A stretch of 33,039 bases of DNA from a virus (IMGVR_UViG_3300012942_000097:1-33039), one strand, 5' to 3'. Shown: positions 1 through 9,194, numbered from the stretch's first letter. Notes: generated by a model from the sequence alone, not told the origin. A program made the numbers and translations.

Positions 1-282
1 ATCAATGACGATAATGCCGTCATAGTAGACCTAGAGAACAATGACTATTTTAAGACAGTCACTAAGATGCTATTCCAGTTCAATTATATACCACCAAGGA
101 GTGATTATACGTTACTACTGGGAGAGCCTAGCGACGCGGACTATCATCCGACACTTGTAAAGAACGTAAGTGATGGAGATGTCCTAGTAGATGGTCAATG
201 GATAGAACCTGGCAATGTCTGTGTTATCACGGATAATGTACAGGAATGGTTAAGTAAAGATTACATAAAGGAGATAAGATGA
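1..282 (+). CDS. hypothetical protein, 5'-truncated by the window
   Basis: Frame 1 is open from base 1 (INDDNAVIVDLENNDYFKTVTK) and in frame with the tracked ORF 67..282; ATGA overlap with the next gene. Confidence 0.7.
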   Translation: MNDDNAVIVDLENNDYFKTVTKMLFQFNYIPPRSDYTLLLGEPSDADYHPTLVKNVSDGDVLVDGQWIEPGNVCVITDNVQEWLSKDYIKEIR

Positions 283-842
283 AACTATTTAAGAACTTTG
301 CACTTATCAAGCAAACAGAACTTGATGAAGCATTGTACGAAGCAGAGAAGAAGGCTTATGAACGAGCAGAAAAATCAGTTCGTAAAGACTTTGAGAGTGA
401 GATTGAGGCACTTAGCGATAAACTTGACACCAAGAAAGCTGAGATTAAATCACTTACTAAGAAGAATAAAGACCTTCAAGCTGAAGTGGATGTCCTAAAC
501 GATGACCGCGATGACGTACGTGAAGTGCTAAAGCAGAAGGTTGAGAATGATGATAAACTGGCAGCCCTAGAAGCAGCTAAGGAATCACAAGACCGACGTG
601 AAGCTAACCTCAAAGACCGCGAATCTAAGCTAGAGAGCAAAGAAGAAGGTCGTTACAAAGAGGGCTATGCAGATGGTGTAGCAGATGGTGTCCGCAAGAT
701 TAACGAGATTACTGCTAAAGACCGTGAGAACGCAATGAAGGTTGCAATGGTAGCAGCTGCATCACACAGCAGCCCTGAAGTAGTAAAGGAGTTGACGAAT
801 GCAAAAGCACTTGGCTCAGGACTTACAGACAGCGAAGACTAA
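279..842 (+). CDS. coiled-coil hypothetical protein
   Basis: 187 aa, E/K-rich heptad pattern; AAGGAG RBS upstream. Confidence 0.8.
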   Translation: MKLFKNFALIKQTELDEALYEAEKKAYERAEKSVRKDFESEIEALSDKLDTKKAEIKSLTKKNKDLQAEVDVLNDDRDDVREVLKQKVENDDKLAALEAAKESQDRREANLKDRESKLESKEEGRYKEGYADGVADGVRKINEITAKDRENAMKVAMVAAASHSSPEVVKELTNAKALGSGLTDSED

Positions 843-1383
843 AAGTCTTCCTGATGACCTGAAATCACTTGCTGAAGAGCTAATCGGAACTAAGTTTGGA
901 TATGAGGAGGAAGTGGTAGAGCAATCTACCGCCTCCTTTCAAGGATATACAGTCGGAGTTGATGCAGCGTATGGTAGAGATGTATCAGCATTCCGTGAAC
1001 CCCGTGATGGTCGTACCACGTCAGTACGGAAAGTCATGGACAGCGAGGTATATGAAAGAATTGACTTCTACACCAGGAGCCGTATTATCAGTACCCCCAT
1101 CGACCGTCCTACCACTAGAAGTTTTCGAGACGCAGTATACCGACTCGATATGGTTAATGCAAGACGAGATGATAGGAGAGCCTATCTCCCCGTTGAGTTT
1201 GCGAGAGAGTTATTTAGAAGCGCAGACTTCCAATATTACGCAGAACAGCGTATTGACAGAGGGATGGGATACGACCGCTCTGAAGGCAATTATATTGGGA
1301 GACTCTTCGGTGTAGAGGTGTTCGCTAAAGACGAGCATATGTACCTCGATAGAATAGTCCCCGAAATAGTAGTCAAATACTAA
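799..1383 (+). CDS. hypothetical protein whose C-terminal half resembles part of the major capsid protein (A-domain region)
   Basis: AAGGAG RBS before ATG 799; DAVYRLDMVNARRDDR...GRLFGVEVF aligns with capsid DAAGVLDSKNVPEDDR...GTLYGMPVY. Confidence 0.7.
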   Translation: MQKHLAQDLQTAKTKSLPDDLKSLAEELIGTKFGYEEEVVEQSTASFQGYTVGVDAAYGRDVSAFREPRDGRTTSVRKVMDSEVYERIDFYTRSRIISTPIDRPTTRSFRDAVYRLDMVNARRDDRRAYLPVEFARELFRSADFQYYAEQRIDRGMGYDRSEGNYIGRLFGVEVFAKDEHMYLDRIVPEIVVKY

Positions 1384-1419
1384 AAAAAGACCCTAGGGAA
1401 TTAACCTTAGGGTCTTTTT
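1382..1419. terminator. bidirectional rho-independent terminator
   Basis: aaaaaaagacccta-gggaattaacct-tagggtcttttt: inverted repeat with A and T tracts on both sides, between convergent genes. Confidence 0.9.
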
Positions 1420-1421
1420 GT

Positions 1422-1568
1422 TTATTGGAGACGATTGCCTCGTGGTACACCGAATGCAACCACAAGTCCAATGACGAGTCCAATTAGAATTGATATAGGT
1501 TGACTTAGTACTATGGCTGCAACTAGATATCCTAGTACACCACAGATTAGTCCGATGAGTAGATTCAT
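1422..1568 (-). CDS. 48-aa two-TM membrane protein (lysis accessory/holin-like); absent from ORF track
   Basis: MNLLIGLICGVLGYLVAAIVLSQPISILIGLVIGLVVAFGVPRGNRLQ; AGGAGG RBS. Confidence 0.75.
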   Translation of the reverse strand: MNLLIGLICGVLGYLVAAIVLSQPISILIGLVIGLVVAFGVPRGNRLQ

Positions 1569-1586
1569 AGAACCTCCTATATTAAA

Positions 1587-1763
1587 TTATACAGTGCGAG
1601 CAGTTTTGGCACGTTCTACAACGTCACCAGCACCCTCTACACCCAGATAACCTAGCAATGTATATAATGCTAAGTCGTATTGACCATTGGCGATAAATAC
1701 TAATGTACCACCTACAGCCAATACAAACTTACGAGTGAACAATGAGCGTAAAAAGTTTTTCAT
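1587..1763 (-). CDS. putative holin, 58 aa; absent from ORF track
   Basis: MKNFLRSLFTRKFVLAVGGTLVFIANGQYDLALYTLLGYLGVEGAGDVVERAKTARTV: xRKF motif, two hydrophobic segments, charged tail; AAAGGA RBS; directly after the endolysin. Confidence 0.7.
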   Translation of the reverse strand: MKNFLRSLFTRKFVLAVGGTLVFIANGQYDLALYTLLGYLGVEGAGDVVERAKTARTV

Positions 1764-1776
1764 ACTAATTCCTTTA

Positions 1777-2844
1777 TTATTTCATATTCCAGAAGTCACG
1801 AATGTATTGTACAAGTGCCTTGAAAATAGGCGACTTTACAAATCGCGTCAGTAGTGACCTAAGCCAATTTTCTTTTGTAACGTCAGAAACGGGTTCTTGT
1901 CCAGTTTCGCCATTATTTTCAGAAATCGGTGAGTCTTCCTCTGGGGCGTTTGGCAATGTTGGTTCCGTCTTGGGGTCATGTGTTCCAATGTGCACAATCT
2001 CATCGACTGGAGCCACTGTTTTATCACTAATAACCTCCCGCTTGGTTTCTTTACCGTCAGTATAAGTTACCCTTGTAACAACAGTTCTCCTACCAAGCAC
2101 CCCAGTTTGAACCACTTGCTGTTTACCCTTATTGAGAGTATCATCATCTACTGTGACAACTTTGAAGTCAACATCAGTAACTGCTGTCTCATCTTTAGTG
2201 GTAACAACAGGAGCTGGCTTTGGAGCTTCCTTTTTCTTACCTGCGTACAATCCCCAGGCTTCTCTAGTCATGTAGGCAACATCTCTATCGAGTGTACCTG
2301 CGCTAGATGTATATTGCCAGATAGCTGCAAATCCCCACGGACTAATATCATAAGGCATCTCGCCCGCTGCTGGTACTGGAGGATTCGTAACATTGTATTT
2401 GTTAGGATATCCAGCAACCCATAGTCCATAATTGCCACGTACTAGTCCACCCCAATCAGCGCTTCTAATAACAGATGCACTCATGTAGATGATTGGTTTA
2501 ATGCCAGTACGATTCTCGACACGTTGACACCACGCCAGCGCCCACGAGACATCTTTTGTATTACCTGATTCCCAGTCTAGTACTAGGACAGCTTCCTTTT
2601 TCTGCCAGTAACCAGTAGTGTTATTGACAAAGTAGTCTGCCTCAGCAGTTGCGCCAGTCAAGTCAGGACGAGCAAAGTGATATACACCAAGCAGCTTCCC
2701 TTTTGATTTGGCATACTGATACTTAGTATCACAGGTAGGGTCTACAAAACCCACACCCTCAGTAGCTTTGATGATAACGAAATCTTTAGCTAGGTCTACC
2801 GCGCTAGTGTTTTGCCACTGGCTTATGTCTATTCCTTGCAACAT
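1777..2844 (-). CDS. endolysin, GH25 muramidase with G5 domain
   Basis: GIDISQWQ, IIKATEG, GVYHFA, LDWE, AIWQYTS, LDRD motifs of GH25; then G5-like DDTLNKGKQQVVQTGVLG...PVDEIVHIGT; amphipathic C-terminus. Confidence 0.92.
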   Translation of the reverse strand: MLQGIDISQWQNTSAVDLAKDFVIIKATEGVGFVDPTCDTKYQYAKSKGKLLGVYHFARPDLTGATAEADYFVNNTTGYWQKKEAVLVLDWESGNTKDVSWALAWCQRVENRTGIKPIIYMSASVIRSADWGGLVRGNYGLWVAGYPNKYNVTNPPVPAAGEMPYDISPWGFAAIWQYTSSAGTLDRDVAYMTREAWGLYAGKKKEAPKPAPVVTTKDETAVTDVDFKVVTVDDDTLNKGKQQVVQTGVLGRRTVVTRVTYTDGKETKREVISDKTVAPVDEIVHIGTHDPKTEPTLPNAPEEDSPISENNGETGQEPVSDVTKENWLRSLLTRFVKSPIFKALVQYIRDFWNMK

Positions 2845-2981
2845 TATTCATCCATCCATTTCTTAATTTTTCTGTAGAGGCTCCTTGACGCGAGCGCTAA
2901 TAGTGTTCCAATAAATGAACCCACTAATGCACTACACGATACAAATAGGAACCAGTATAGTAATAGTTGGTTTAATCCCAC
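2844..2981 (-). CDS. 45-aa single-TM protein; absent from ORF track
   Basis: GTG start after AGGAG; MGLNQLLLYWFLFVSCSALVGSFIGTLLALASRSLYRKIKKWMDE; TAATG overlap with the endolysin start. Confidence 0.65.
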   Translation of the reverse strand: MGLNQLLLYWFLFVSCSALVGSFIGTLLALASRSLYRKIKKWMDE

Positions 2982-2990
2982 GTCGTACTC

Positions 2991-3368
2991 CTATTGATTA
3001 ACTTTACTCTTATATTCTTCACGCATTTGGGATAGTAGGTCTCGCAGCTCTTGATTCTCCTGCCTCGATACTTCCAATTCATGCTGCGTTTCTCTCAGGG
3101 CTTTCTCTAACCTGTTCACTGTCTTACGTGTAAATGCAAGCTCAGATTCCAACTCATTGATAGCCTTGACCTTTCGGTCATCCTCTACATCTTTTTGTTT
3201 TATCAATCTCTCATACCCGTCAAACATTTGTTCCATGCGGTCTTTACCGCTCATCTTATTTCTGCTGGCGGTGATTTTTTTGGATGCAATATTAGCAATG
3301 TACGCAATTACAATGCCTGAGAGACCAGAGATGATAGATACTACGACCGAGTTTGTTCCACCATCCAT
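2991..3368 (-). CDS. N-terminal TM plus coiled-coil protein (lysis module)
   Basis: Hydrophobic N-terminus then charged heptads; upstream of the endolysin. Confidence 0.75.
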   Translation of the reverse strand: MDGGTNSVVVSIISGLSGIVIAYIANIASKKITASRNKMSGKDRMEQMFDGYERLIKQKDVEDDRKVKAINELESELAFTRKTVNRLEKALRETQHELEVSRQENQELRDLLSQMREEYKSKVNQ

Positions 3369-3370
3369 GT

Positions 3371-3820
3371 TTATTTTCCTTTTGGTTTAATGACATGAGG
3401 CGGTAGGAAGAACACATAACACATAAACTGTACTATAGCCAAGGTAATCCATAGCATAGTCAAGAATACGTTATCAGGCTGATAGACACTTTTCCAGATA
3501 AGGGCTAATGCCCATCCAGATTTCATACCTACACCGACTAGTAATGTTCTCCTAGCCCATATCCAACTGTTTTTGTAAAGTGCCGCTATTTTTGCAATGC
3601 CCAAAAGGATAAACGCTAGCGACCATACCCCTATAGGAATTATCGCAGTGATAACTCCCAATGCTCTATCATCTACACCACCATTAAAATAGTAATAGAG
3701 TAGAGCACCTAGTATGATATTGAATATCCCCATGAGTCCAATAAACCAGAAGGATACGGGCGCAGCTAGACGCAATGAAGGTCTAGCTTTCGCCAACTGT
3801 TTCTTTAGATTATCGCTCAT
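3371..3820 (-). CDS. four-TM membrane protein (holin-like/lysis module)
   Basis: Four hydrophobic segments in 149 aa; tightly coupled in the operon. Confidence 0.75.
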   Translation of the reverse strand: MSDNLKKQLAKARPSLRLAAPVSFWFIGLMGIFNIILGALLYYYFNGGVDDRALGVITAIIPIGVWSLAFILLGIAKIAALYKNSWIWARRTLLVGVGMKSGWALALIWKSVYQPDNVFLTMLWITLAIVQFMCYVFFLPPHVIKPKGK

Positions 3821-3822
3821 AG

Positions 3823-6800
3823 TTAATCACTGCCTTTTGTAAAGTCTAAGTTTTTGTATGTGATACGAAGTGACTTCAACTGGTCAGATATCTCTTTAGG
3901 CAACGCGCCTGGGTACATCTTGCGATATTCATTCTCTAGGGAATCAACTTTTGCATTGTATTCCTGAGTCTTACGCATAGCGGCATTAGTGCCCCTATTG
4001 TTAAATGTATCCTCAATATCATCACGAGCACTTCGCTTACCAGCAGCCTTGCTCAACTTGAAGAAGTCCGCGTACTGTTGCTTAGTGGTTTCAGAATCCT
4101 GTTCATCAATCGTTTTAGATTGCTTCTCAGAGAATGTCTGCATACCATTCTTTAGCCACTGCTGTCCAGCATCAGTATTATACTGACCGAACAATGCAGC
4201 CTTACCAGTATTCACGGCATCTTGGTCTTGAAGGAACCTGGTGCTGCCACTCGCGTTAGTAGATTTACCACTATCGACACTTGACAGACCTTCATAGGTT
4301 TTCTTCATTTGAGTACCCCCAGGAGCCAACGATGCGAACAGGCTACCAGCAAACTTACCAACGTCAGTCTTACCGTAAGCTAGACCGATGAGACCATTCT
4401 TACCCTCATCATCACCAACCAATAGCTGTGTGATAGGAGACTTAGGAATAGTACCTTCCATCAGGTCATCCAGGAATGGGACTTGCTGCTGCCAGGTCAT
4501 ACCAATCGCTGAACCTACTGTAGCCATAAATAAGCTGTTATAACCGATGTATCGCGCCACAGCCATAGTACCTTGTACAGTCATTTTATAGCCACCCTTA
4601 GGATTCTTGACGAACATAGCATCGCTGTCACCAGCAACCATATTCTTCAGGAACTTAACCTGTTGGATGTTATAGCTTTGGAACTGTATAATGTTCTTGA
4701 TTGTTTCGTTATCGGCAAACATCGAGGTATCGAACTTACCAAACTCAAACTGAGTCTTACGTGACATCTCCCTACCAGCCTTCATAGCATTAGTTACTAC
4801 TTCATCTGGGAGGTTAGTTGGGTCAACAGCACGACCAGCTTTTGTTTCTGATTTTACGTACCTATCAATGTAACGCTGTTTAGCACCGAAGTAAGCAGTT
4901 GCACGGTTAATCTGCTCAGTTGAGGAGAATGCTGCCCACAATCCTCTATCGAATCCTTCACGAATCGCGTTAGGCGAATCCGCACGTAGATAGTCAGAGA
5001 ACTTGTTAGTTAGTACACCCTGATGGAGCAACTCATTGTATCCGCCACTGTTGTGGTTGAATGATGCAAGAGCTTTAGCCGTACCAACACCGTAGTACTT
5101 CTCACCAAGTTTCGCATAAGTGTTACCACCCTGCGAGAGGTTACGTACTGCACTACCAATGTTACCACCAATCATACCGTCGTAGATTAACTTACGAGCT
5201 TTCTGGCTTCCCTTAGAGTAGAGATTATCACCTCTCTTAAACAGTGAATCAAGTGACACGTTCAGCATCTGCGCCAATTCATCAGTAGGCTTACCACCTA
5301 GCGATAGGATTGTTTCTGCAAGATATTTATTCTGAGCGCCACTTAATGCCGTAGAGAGTGGTTTAACCCGTTCAAGGGCTGGCTTCATATGGATAGTATT
5401 ATGTGCAGCGTGAGTGTAAGCAAGAATAATCTCTGGCAGGTCAATAGAATAACCTTCTGCGCCAGTACGTTTCTCTAGGAATCCGTTTTTGACTTTATAG
5501 AGGCTATTACGTTTAACCATAGCAATGGCTTCGTAGTCAAGTCCTCTAATCTGCGTCTGGAGTTCAGAGATTTGCTTAGGTGTAAGTTCCTTACCGTCAA
5601 GACCCTTGCCTGTAGATAGCTGCATAACAGCACGGTCTACTGAGTCAAGTGTTTGGTCTTTGAACATGTGAGGAAGGTAATCACTAATCCTTGCACCTTC
5701 AGGTAGCCCCATCTCATCGGCATAAGCCTTGAACATGTCGCGTACCTGGTTATATACACTTACCTGATTCTCATTGAGACCAGTAAGAGCATTAGTATCA
5801 CCATCAAGAGCCTTAGCCACCTCGCGCATACCATTCTTACCACCAGCAGCCTTCATCCACGTATGGGTTTGGACTGCGATACTTTGGTCACGAATAGCAA
5901 CTGCGTCATAGGCATCACCAAGAACCTTAGAGATGGTTTTACCGACAGAGCCGAACTTAGCAATAACTGCACGCTTTGAAGATACCATGTAGTCCAGGAA
6001 TCCTGGGTCTTTACCAGTACTTGTCATATCAACAGTATCACTGAGCTTTGTGCCATTGTCATCAAGTGCTTGCTGTACCCTAGGGTTAGTAGAGTCAGTA
6101 GGTTTAACATGATTATCAACAGCGCCAATCAGAGCACCGTTAGAAGGTGATGTTGGTTTAGTAATCTCAGCAGTATGTTGTGCTTGAGCGATATTAGTTG
6201 CCTCCTGGAGCACAGCCTTGGGGTCTGGTTCAACCGCTGCACCTGGGTTTTCTCGCATCCAGTCATTAGTACGCTGTACTAACTCTGCCTCAGCATCCTG
6301 GAAGCCTTGAAGCATAGTAGTATACTTATCGACTTGTGGAGCATCTTGCTTAACCTGGTCATCAATCTTACCCATCTCGCTACCGTACCACTCTTCCAAG
6401 TTGTTCATTTCAACTTCCTGGCGTTGTGGAGGCATCTTAGCGATGGCATCAGCTTGTGCTTTGTACTGTTGGTCTAATGCGTCAAGAGATGCAGCTCGTT
6501 TTTGTGGAGTCATAAGACTATCGAGCACCCTAGTAGTTGTACTAGCATCCATCACAATGTTCTGTGCAGCCTCTCTAGCGTCCTGTGGTACATTCTGCTT
6601 GTCGGCTATCTCTACGGCATCTTTTACTGGAGCCATAGGTTTCATAACATTGGCTGGCATTTCGCCATTACGCATTGCATCTAGTTCAGCAGTAGCTTGT
6701 TCAGCACTCTTACCAGTGTTAGCCATATTGTCGCGGTCACGAGCCTGGGCTAGACCCTTCTCGTAATCAGCGCGAGCTTGACCCTCTTTAAGGTCATCCT

Positions 6801-8373
6801 GGAGTGAAGTCCACTTCTCTTTAACCTTGTCAGAGTTTAGCTGCCTAGTAATACCTGAACCCTCAGTGTTCATTAACTCTGCGGTTCCGCCATGCTGTAG
6901 AGTATCAATTTTATCGTTAAGGTCATTAACGGCTTTCATTGCACTCTCTTTGGCGGTTGAGTCTTCTATGCTGTCAACCTGTTTTTGTATTTGGTCACGC
7001 TTGGCTGTGAGCGCATCTACCTGCTTCTTAGTAGCCTCTTGAATAAATGTATCATCCACTGGATTACCCTTGGTGTCAGTGACATCGTACAGGTCATCAG
7101 TGAACTTGCTATTTTGCATATCCTCGATTTGCGATTTAGTATCATCGAGGTTAATCATCCTTGAGCCGTCATCATTGAGACCATTAGCTCGGTTAGACAT
7201 AATCTCATCAAACTCACTCTTGCGAGATGTCTGATAATCTTCATCTTCCTTAGCTTTCTTGTCCCTAGATGCTTTAGCAGCAGTCATCTGCTCATCCATA
7301 GCTTCGCCAGCTTTTACATTGGCGTTATTCTCTTTGACAGATTTAGCCCTACCTGCTGCACCTAATGTGAAGCCTAGACCGAACTGAGTAAGCGCGTCCT
7401 TAGATACGGTGGCAGCGTTAATCTCCTGACCTTGCGAGTGCTCTTCTAGTATTTGTAGAGGAGTACCAGCGGTCATATTGAGGAGACCCATCTTGCCACC
7501 AGTTTTAGCTATGTCTTTCCAGCCTTGTTTTAGTCCTTGTTTAGCTACGTTCTCAGTAAGTGAACCACCGAGACCACCAGTAACTACATTCAGGATAGCT
7601 TCACCTGGTTTAGCGATACCCTCAGCGAGCATAGCTCCGTCACCACGTTCAGCAACATCTTTACCGAATTGTCGCTCCTGTAGTTCTTTCTGAGCCTTGA
7701 TACCTTCTTGACGAACGTACCTATCACTGCTACTTGCAGCAATATCAGCTGCGATACCTTCTGGAAGGTTACGGACACCACGAACCATATAGCTTGCAGG
7801 GTCTACAACACCAGATACGATACCGCCAGGCAAGTTACCAACAAACTCACCAACACCATTAGCATTTACACTCTTGCCCCATTTATCAGCAGATTCCTGC
7901 CAATCCTTAGTAGCATCAGTGACTGCATTATCTGGTGAACCAGCGACCACAGAAGATACGAGAGAAGCTCCAGAACCTAGGAGACCAGCGCCACCCTTCC
8001 ATGCACCTTCACCGATACCTTGGAAGAAGTCACCAACACCGCCTAAAGCGCCACCGTCATTGAATAGACCTGGCTTTTTCTTTTCAGTGGTATCCTGGGA
8101 GCTACTATAATCAGTAGCATCCTTCTTGAGTTCATCTAGTGATACTGTCTTGCCATCACTGCTTGTAAAGGTGTAGTCGCCATTATCGGTGAATGTTTTG
8201 TCACCAATATGAAGGTTGTCATTCTCATCACGATAGTTATCGAGTGAGTCATATACTTTCTTCTTCTTTTTCTCTTCTTCTTTATCCCGTTGTTTGTAAT
8301 AGGATTGCATGTTCTTAGACGAATTGTCTGACGCTTTAAGAACCGCGCTCCAGTCTGCATTGCTATAAGCCAT
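3823..8373 (-). CDS. large internal virion/DNA-ejection protein
   Basis: 1516 aa, Gly/Ala-rich N-terminal third, helical middle; lies after tail genes and before lysis, as in podoviruses. Confidence 0.65.
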   Translation of the reverse strand: MAYSNADWSAVLKASDNSSKNMQSYYKQRDKEEEKKKKKVYDSLDNYRDENDNLHIGDKTFTDNGDYTFTSSDGKTVSLDELKKDATDYSSSQDTTEKKKPGLFNDGGALGGVGDFFQGIGEGAWKGGAGLLGSGASLVSSVVAGSPDNAVTDATKDWQESADKWGKSVNANGVGEFVGNLPGGIVSGVVDPASYMVRGVRNLPEGIAADIAASSSDRYVRQEGIKAQKELQERQFGKDVAERGDGAMLAEGIAKPGEAILNVVTGGLGGSLTENVAKQGLKQGWKDIAKTGGKMGLLNMTAGTPLQILEEHSQGQEINAATVSKDALTQFGLGFTLGAAGRAKSVKENNANVKAGEAMDEQMTAAKASRDKKAKEDEDYQTSRKSEFDEIMSNRANGLNDDGSRMINLDDTKSQIEDMQNSKFTDDLYDVTDTKGNPVDDTFIQEATKKQVDALTAKRDQIQKQVDSIEDSTAKESAMKAVNDLNDKIDTLQHGGTAELMNTEGSGITRQLNSDKVKEKWTSLQDDLKEGQARADYEKGLAQARDRDNMANTGKSAEQATAELDAMRNGEMPANVMKPMAPVKDAVEIADKQNVPQDAREAAQNIVMDASTTTRVLDSLMTPQKRAASLDALDQQYKAQADAIAKMPPQRQEVEMNNLEEWYGSEMGKIDDQVKQDAPQVDKYTTMLQGFQDAEAELVQRTNDWMRENPGAAVEPDPKAVLQEATNIAQAQHTAEITKPTSPSNGALIGAVDNHVKPTDSTNPRVQQALDDNGTKLSDTVDMTSTGKDPGFLDYMVSSKRAVIAKFGSVGKTISKVLGDAYDAVAIRDQSIAVQTHTWMKAAGGKNGMREVAKALDGDTNALTGLNENQVSVYNQVRDMFKAYADEMGLPEGARISDYLPHMFKDQTLDSVDRAVMQLSTGKGLDGKELTPKQISELQTQIRGLDYEAIAMVKRNSLYKVKNGFLEKRTGAEGYSIDLPEIILAYTHAAHNTIHMKPALERVKPLSTALSGAQNKYLAETILSLGGKPTDELAQMLNVSLDSLFKRGDNLYSKGSQKARKLIYDGMIGGNIGSAVRNLSQGGNTYAKLGEKYYGVGTAKALASFNHNSGGYNELLHQGVLTNKFSDYLRADSPNAIREGFDRGLWAAFSSTEQINRATAYFGAKQRYIDRYVKSETKAGRAVDPTNLPDEVVTNAMKAGREMSRKTQFEFGKFDTSMFADNETIKNIIQFQSYNIQQVKFLKNMVAGDSDAMFVKNPKGGYKMTVQGTMAVARYIGYNSLFMATVGSAIGMTWQQQVPFLDDLMEGTIPKSPITQLLVGDDEGKNGLIGLAYGKTDVGKFAGSLFASLAPGGTQMKKTYEGLSSVDSGKSTNASGSTRFLQDQDAVNTGKAALFGQYNTDAGQQWLKNGMQTFSEKQSKTIDEQDSETTKQQYADFFKLSKAAGKRSARDDIEDTFNNRGTNAAMRKTQEYNAKVDSLENEYRKMYPGALPKEISDQLKSLRITYKNLDFTKGSD

Positions 8374-8381
8374 ATTAACTC

Positions 8382-9194
8382 CTACAAGTACTTATCGTAA
8401 CCTAGTTTATAATCTTGCCAGTCGGAATCGTTAGCGTATCCCCAGAAGGTGCTTGCGAATCCATTGTCGCCGCCGAACTTGATACCACTGTCGTATGCCA
8501 TCTGAGCTGCACGCTGCCAAGCCTTGACTGATACTGTACCTGTTGATGGGTCAATATTATTCTCAAGGTAAGACTGAACGGCAGCCTTTGGTGAGATACT
8601 CGGAGAGGCACTAGCCCTTGCTGCATTAGCGGCACTAGCTGCTCGGTCTGCTGCATTCTGACTAGCTGTAAAGTTCTGGCTAGCTTCACGTTCACTTGTG
8701 GTGAACTTCTGTGATGCTTCGCGTTCACTTGTACTATATTTCTGAGAGGCTTCGCGCTCGCTAGTAGTGAACTCTTGACCTTCCATCATCTTGTTCCAGT
8801 CATTTAAGTTATTGATTTGACCAGTACGAGTATCAAATGCTTTGTTGAACACATTAGTATTCAGGTCTGCGATACTTTTATCATATGCTAGAGCATCGGC
8901 GTTTTGCTGTGCATTAGCCTGTTGCACCCCAGGAAGGTATTTAGTTGAGAGATATTCTGCTTGTTCATTCAATGGAATACCACTAAATGTCATCCCGCGA
9001 CCAGTAGCCTGAGAGTTAATATCATTAAATCCCTGGACTTTAGCGGCATCAAGAGCAGAGCGTTGTGCATCGTAGATAGCGGCGTTTGCAGCTTTCTGCT
9101 TGCCGATAACGTCAGTTTGCTCCTGGACTGATGGCTGGAGTTCTTTAACAATGTCACCCAGATTTTGAACTGTTGGAGCTGAGTATGTTGCCAT
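8382..9194 (-). CDS. putative internal virion/pilot protein with 11-aa repeats
   Basis: Ala/Gln-rich helical protein; (F/Y)(T/S)TSEREASQ(K/N) three times. Confidence 0.65.
   Translation of the reverse strand: MATYSAPTVQNLGDIVKELQPSVQEQTDVIGKQKAANAAIYDAQRSALDAAKVQGFNDINSQATGRGMTFSGIPLNEQAEYLSTKYLPGVQQANAQQNADALAYDKSIADLNTNVFNKAFDTRTGQINNLNDWNKMMEGQEFTTSEREASQKYSTSEREASQKFTTSEREASQNFTASQNAADRAASAANAARASASPSISPKAAVQSYLENNIDPSTGTVSVKAWQRAAQMAYDSGIKFGGDNGFASTFWGYANDSDWQDYKLGYDKYL
8671..8772 (-). repeat. three degenerate 33-bp in-frame tandem repeats
   Basis: gcttcacgttcacttgt / gcttcgcgttcacttgt / gcttcgcgctcgctagt at 33-nt spacing. Confidence 0.85.

Noticed and set aside
3823-8373. Tape measure protein
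   Set aside because: No tail tube, terminator or chaperone genes; the adaptor-nozzle-fibre order indicates a short-tailed virion
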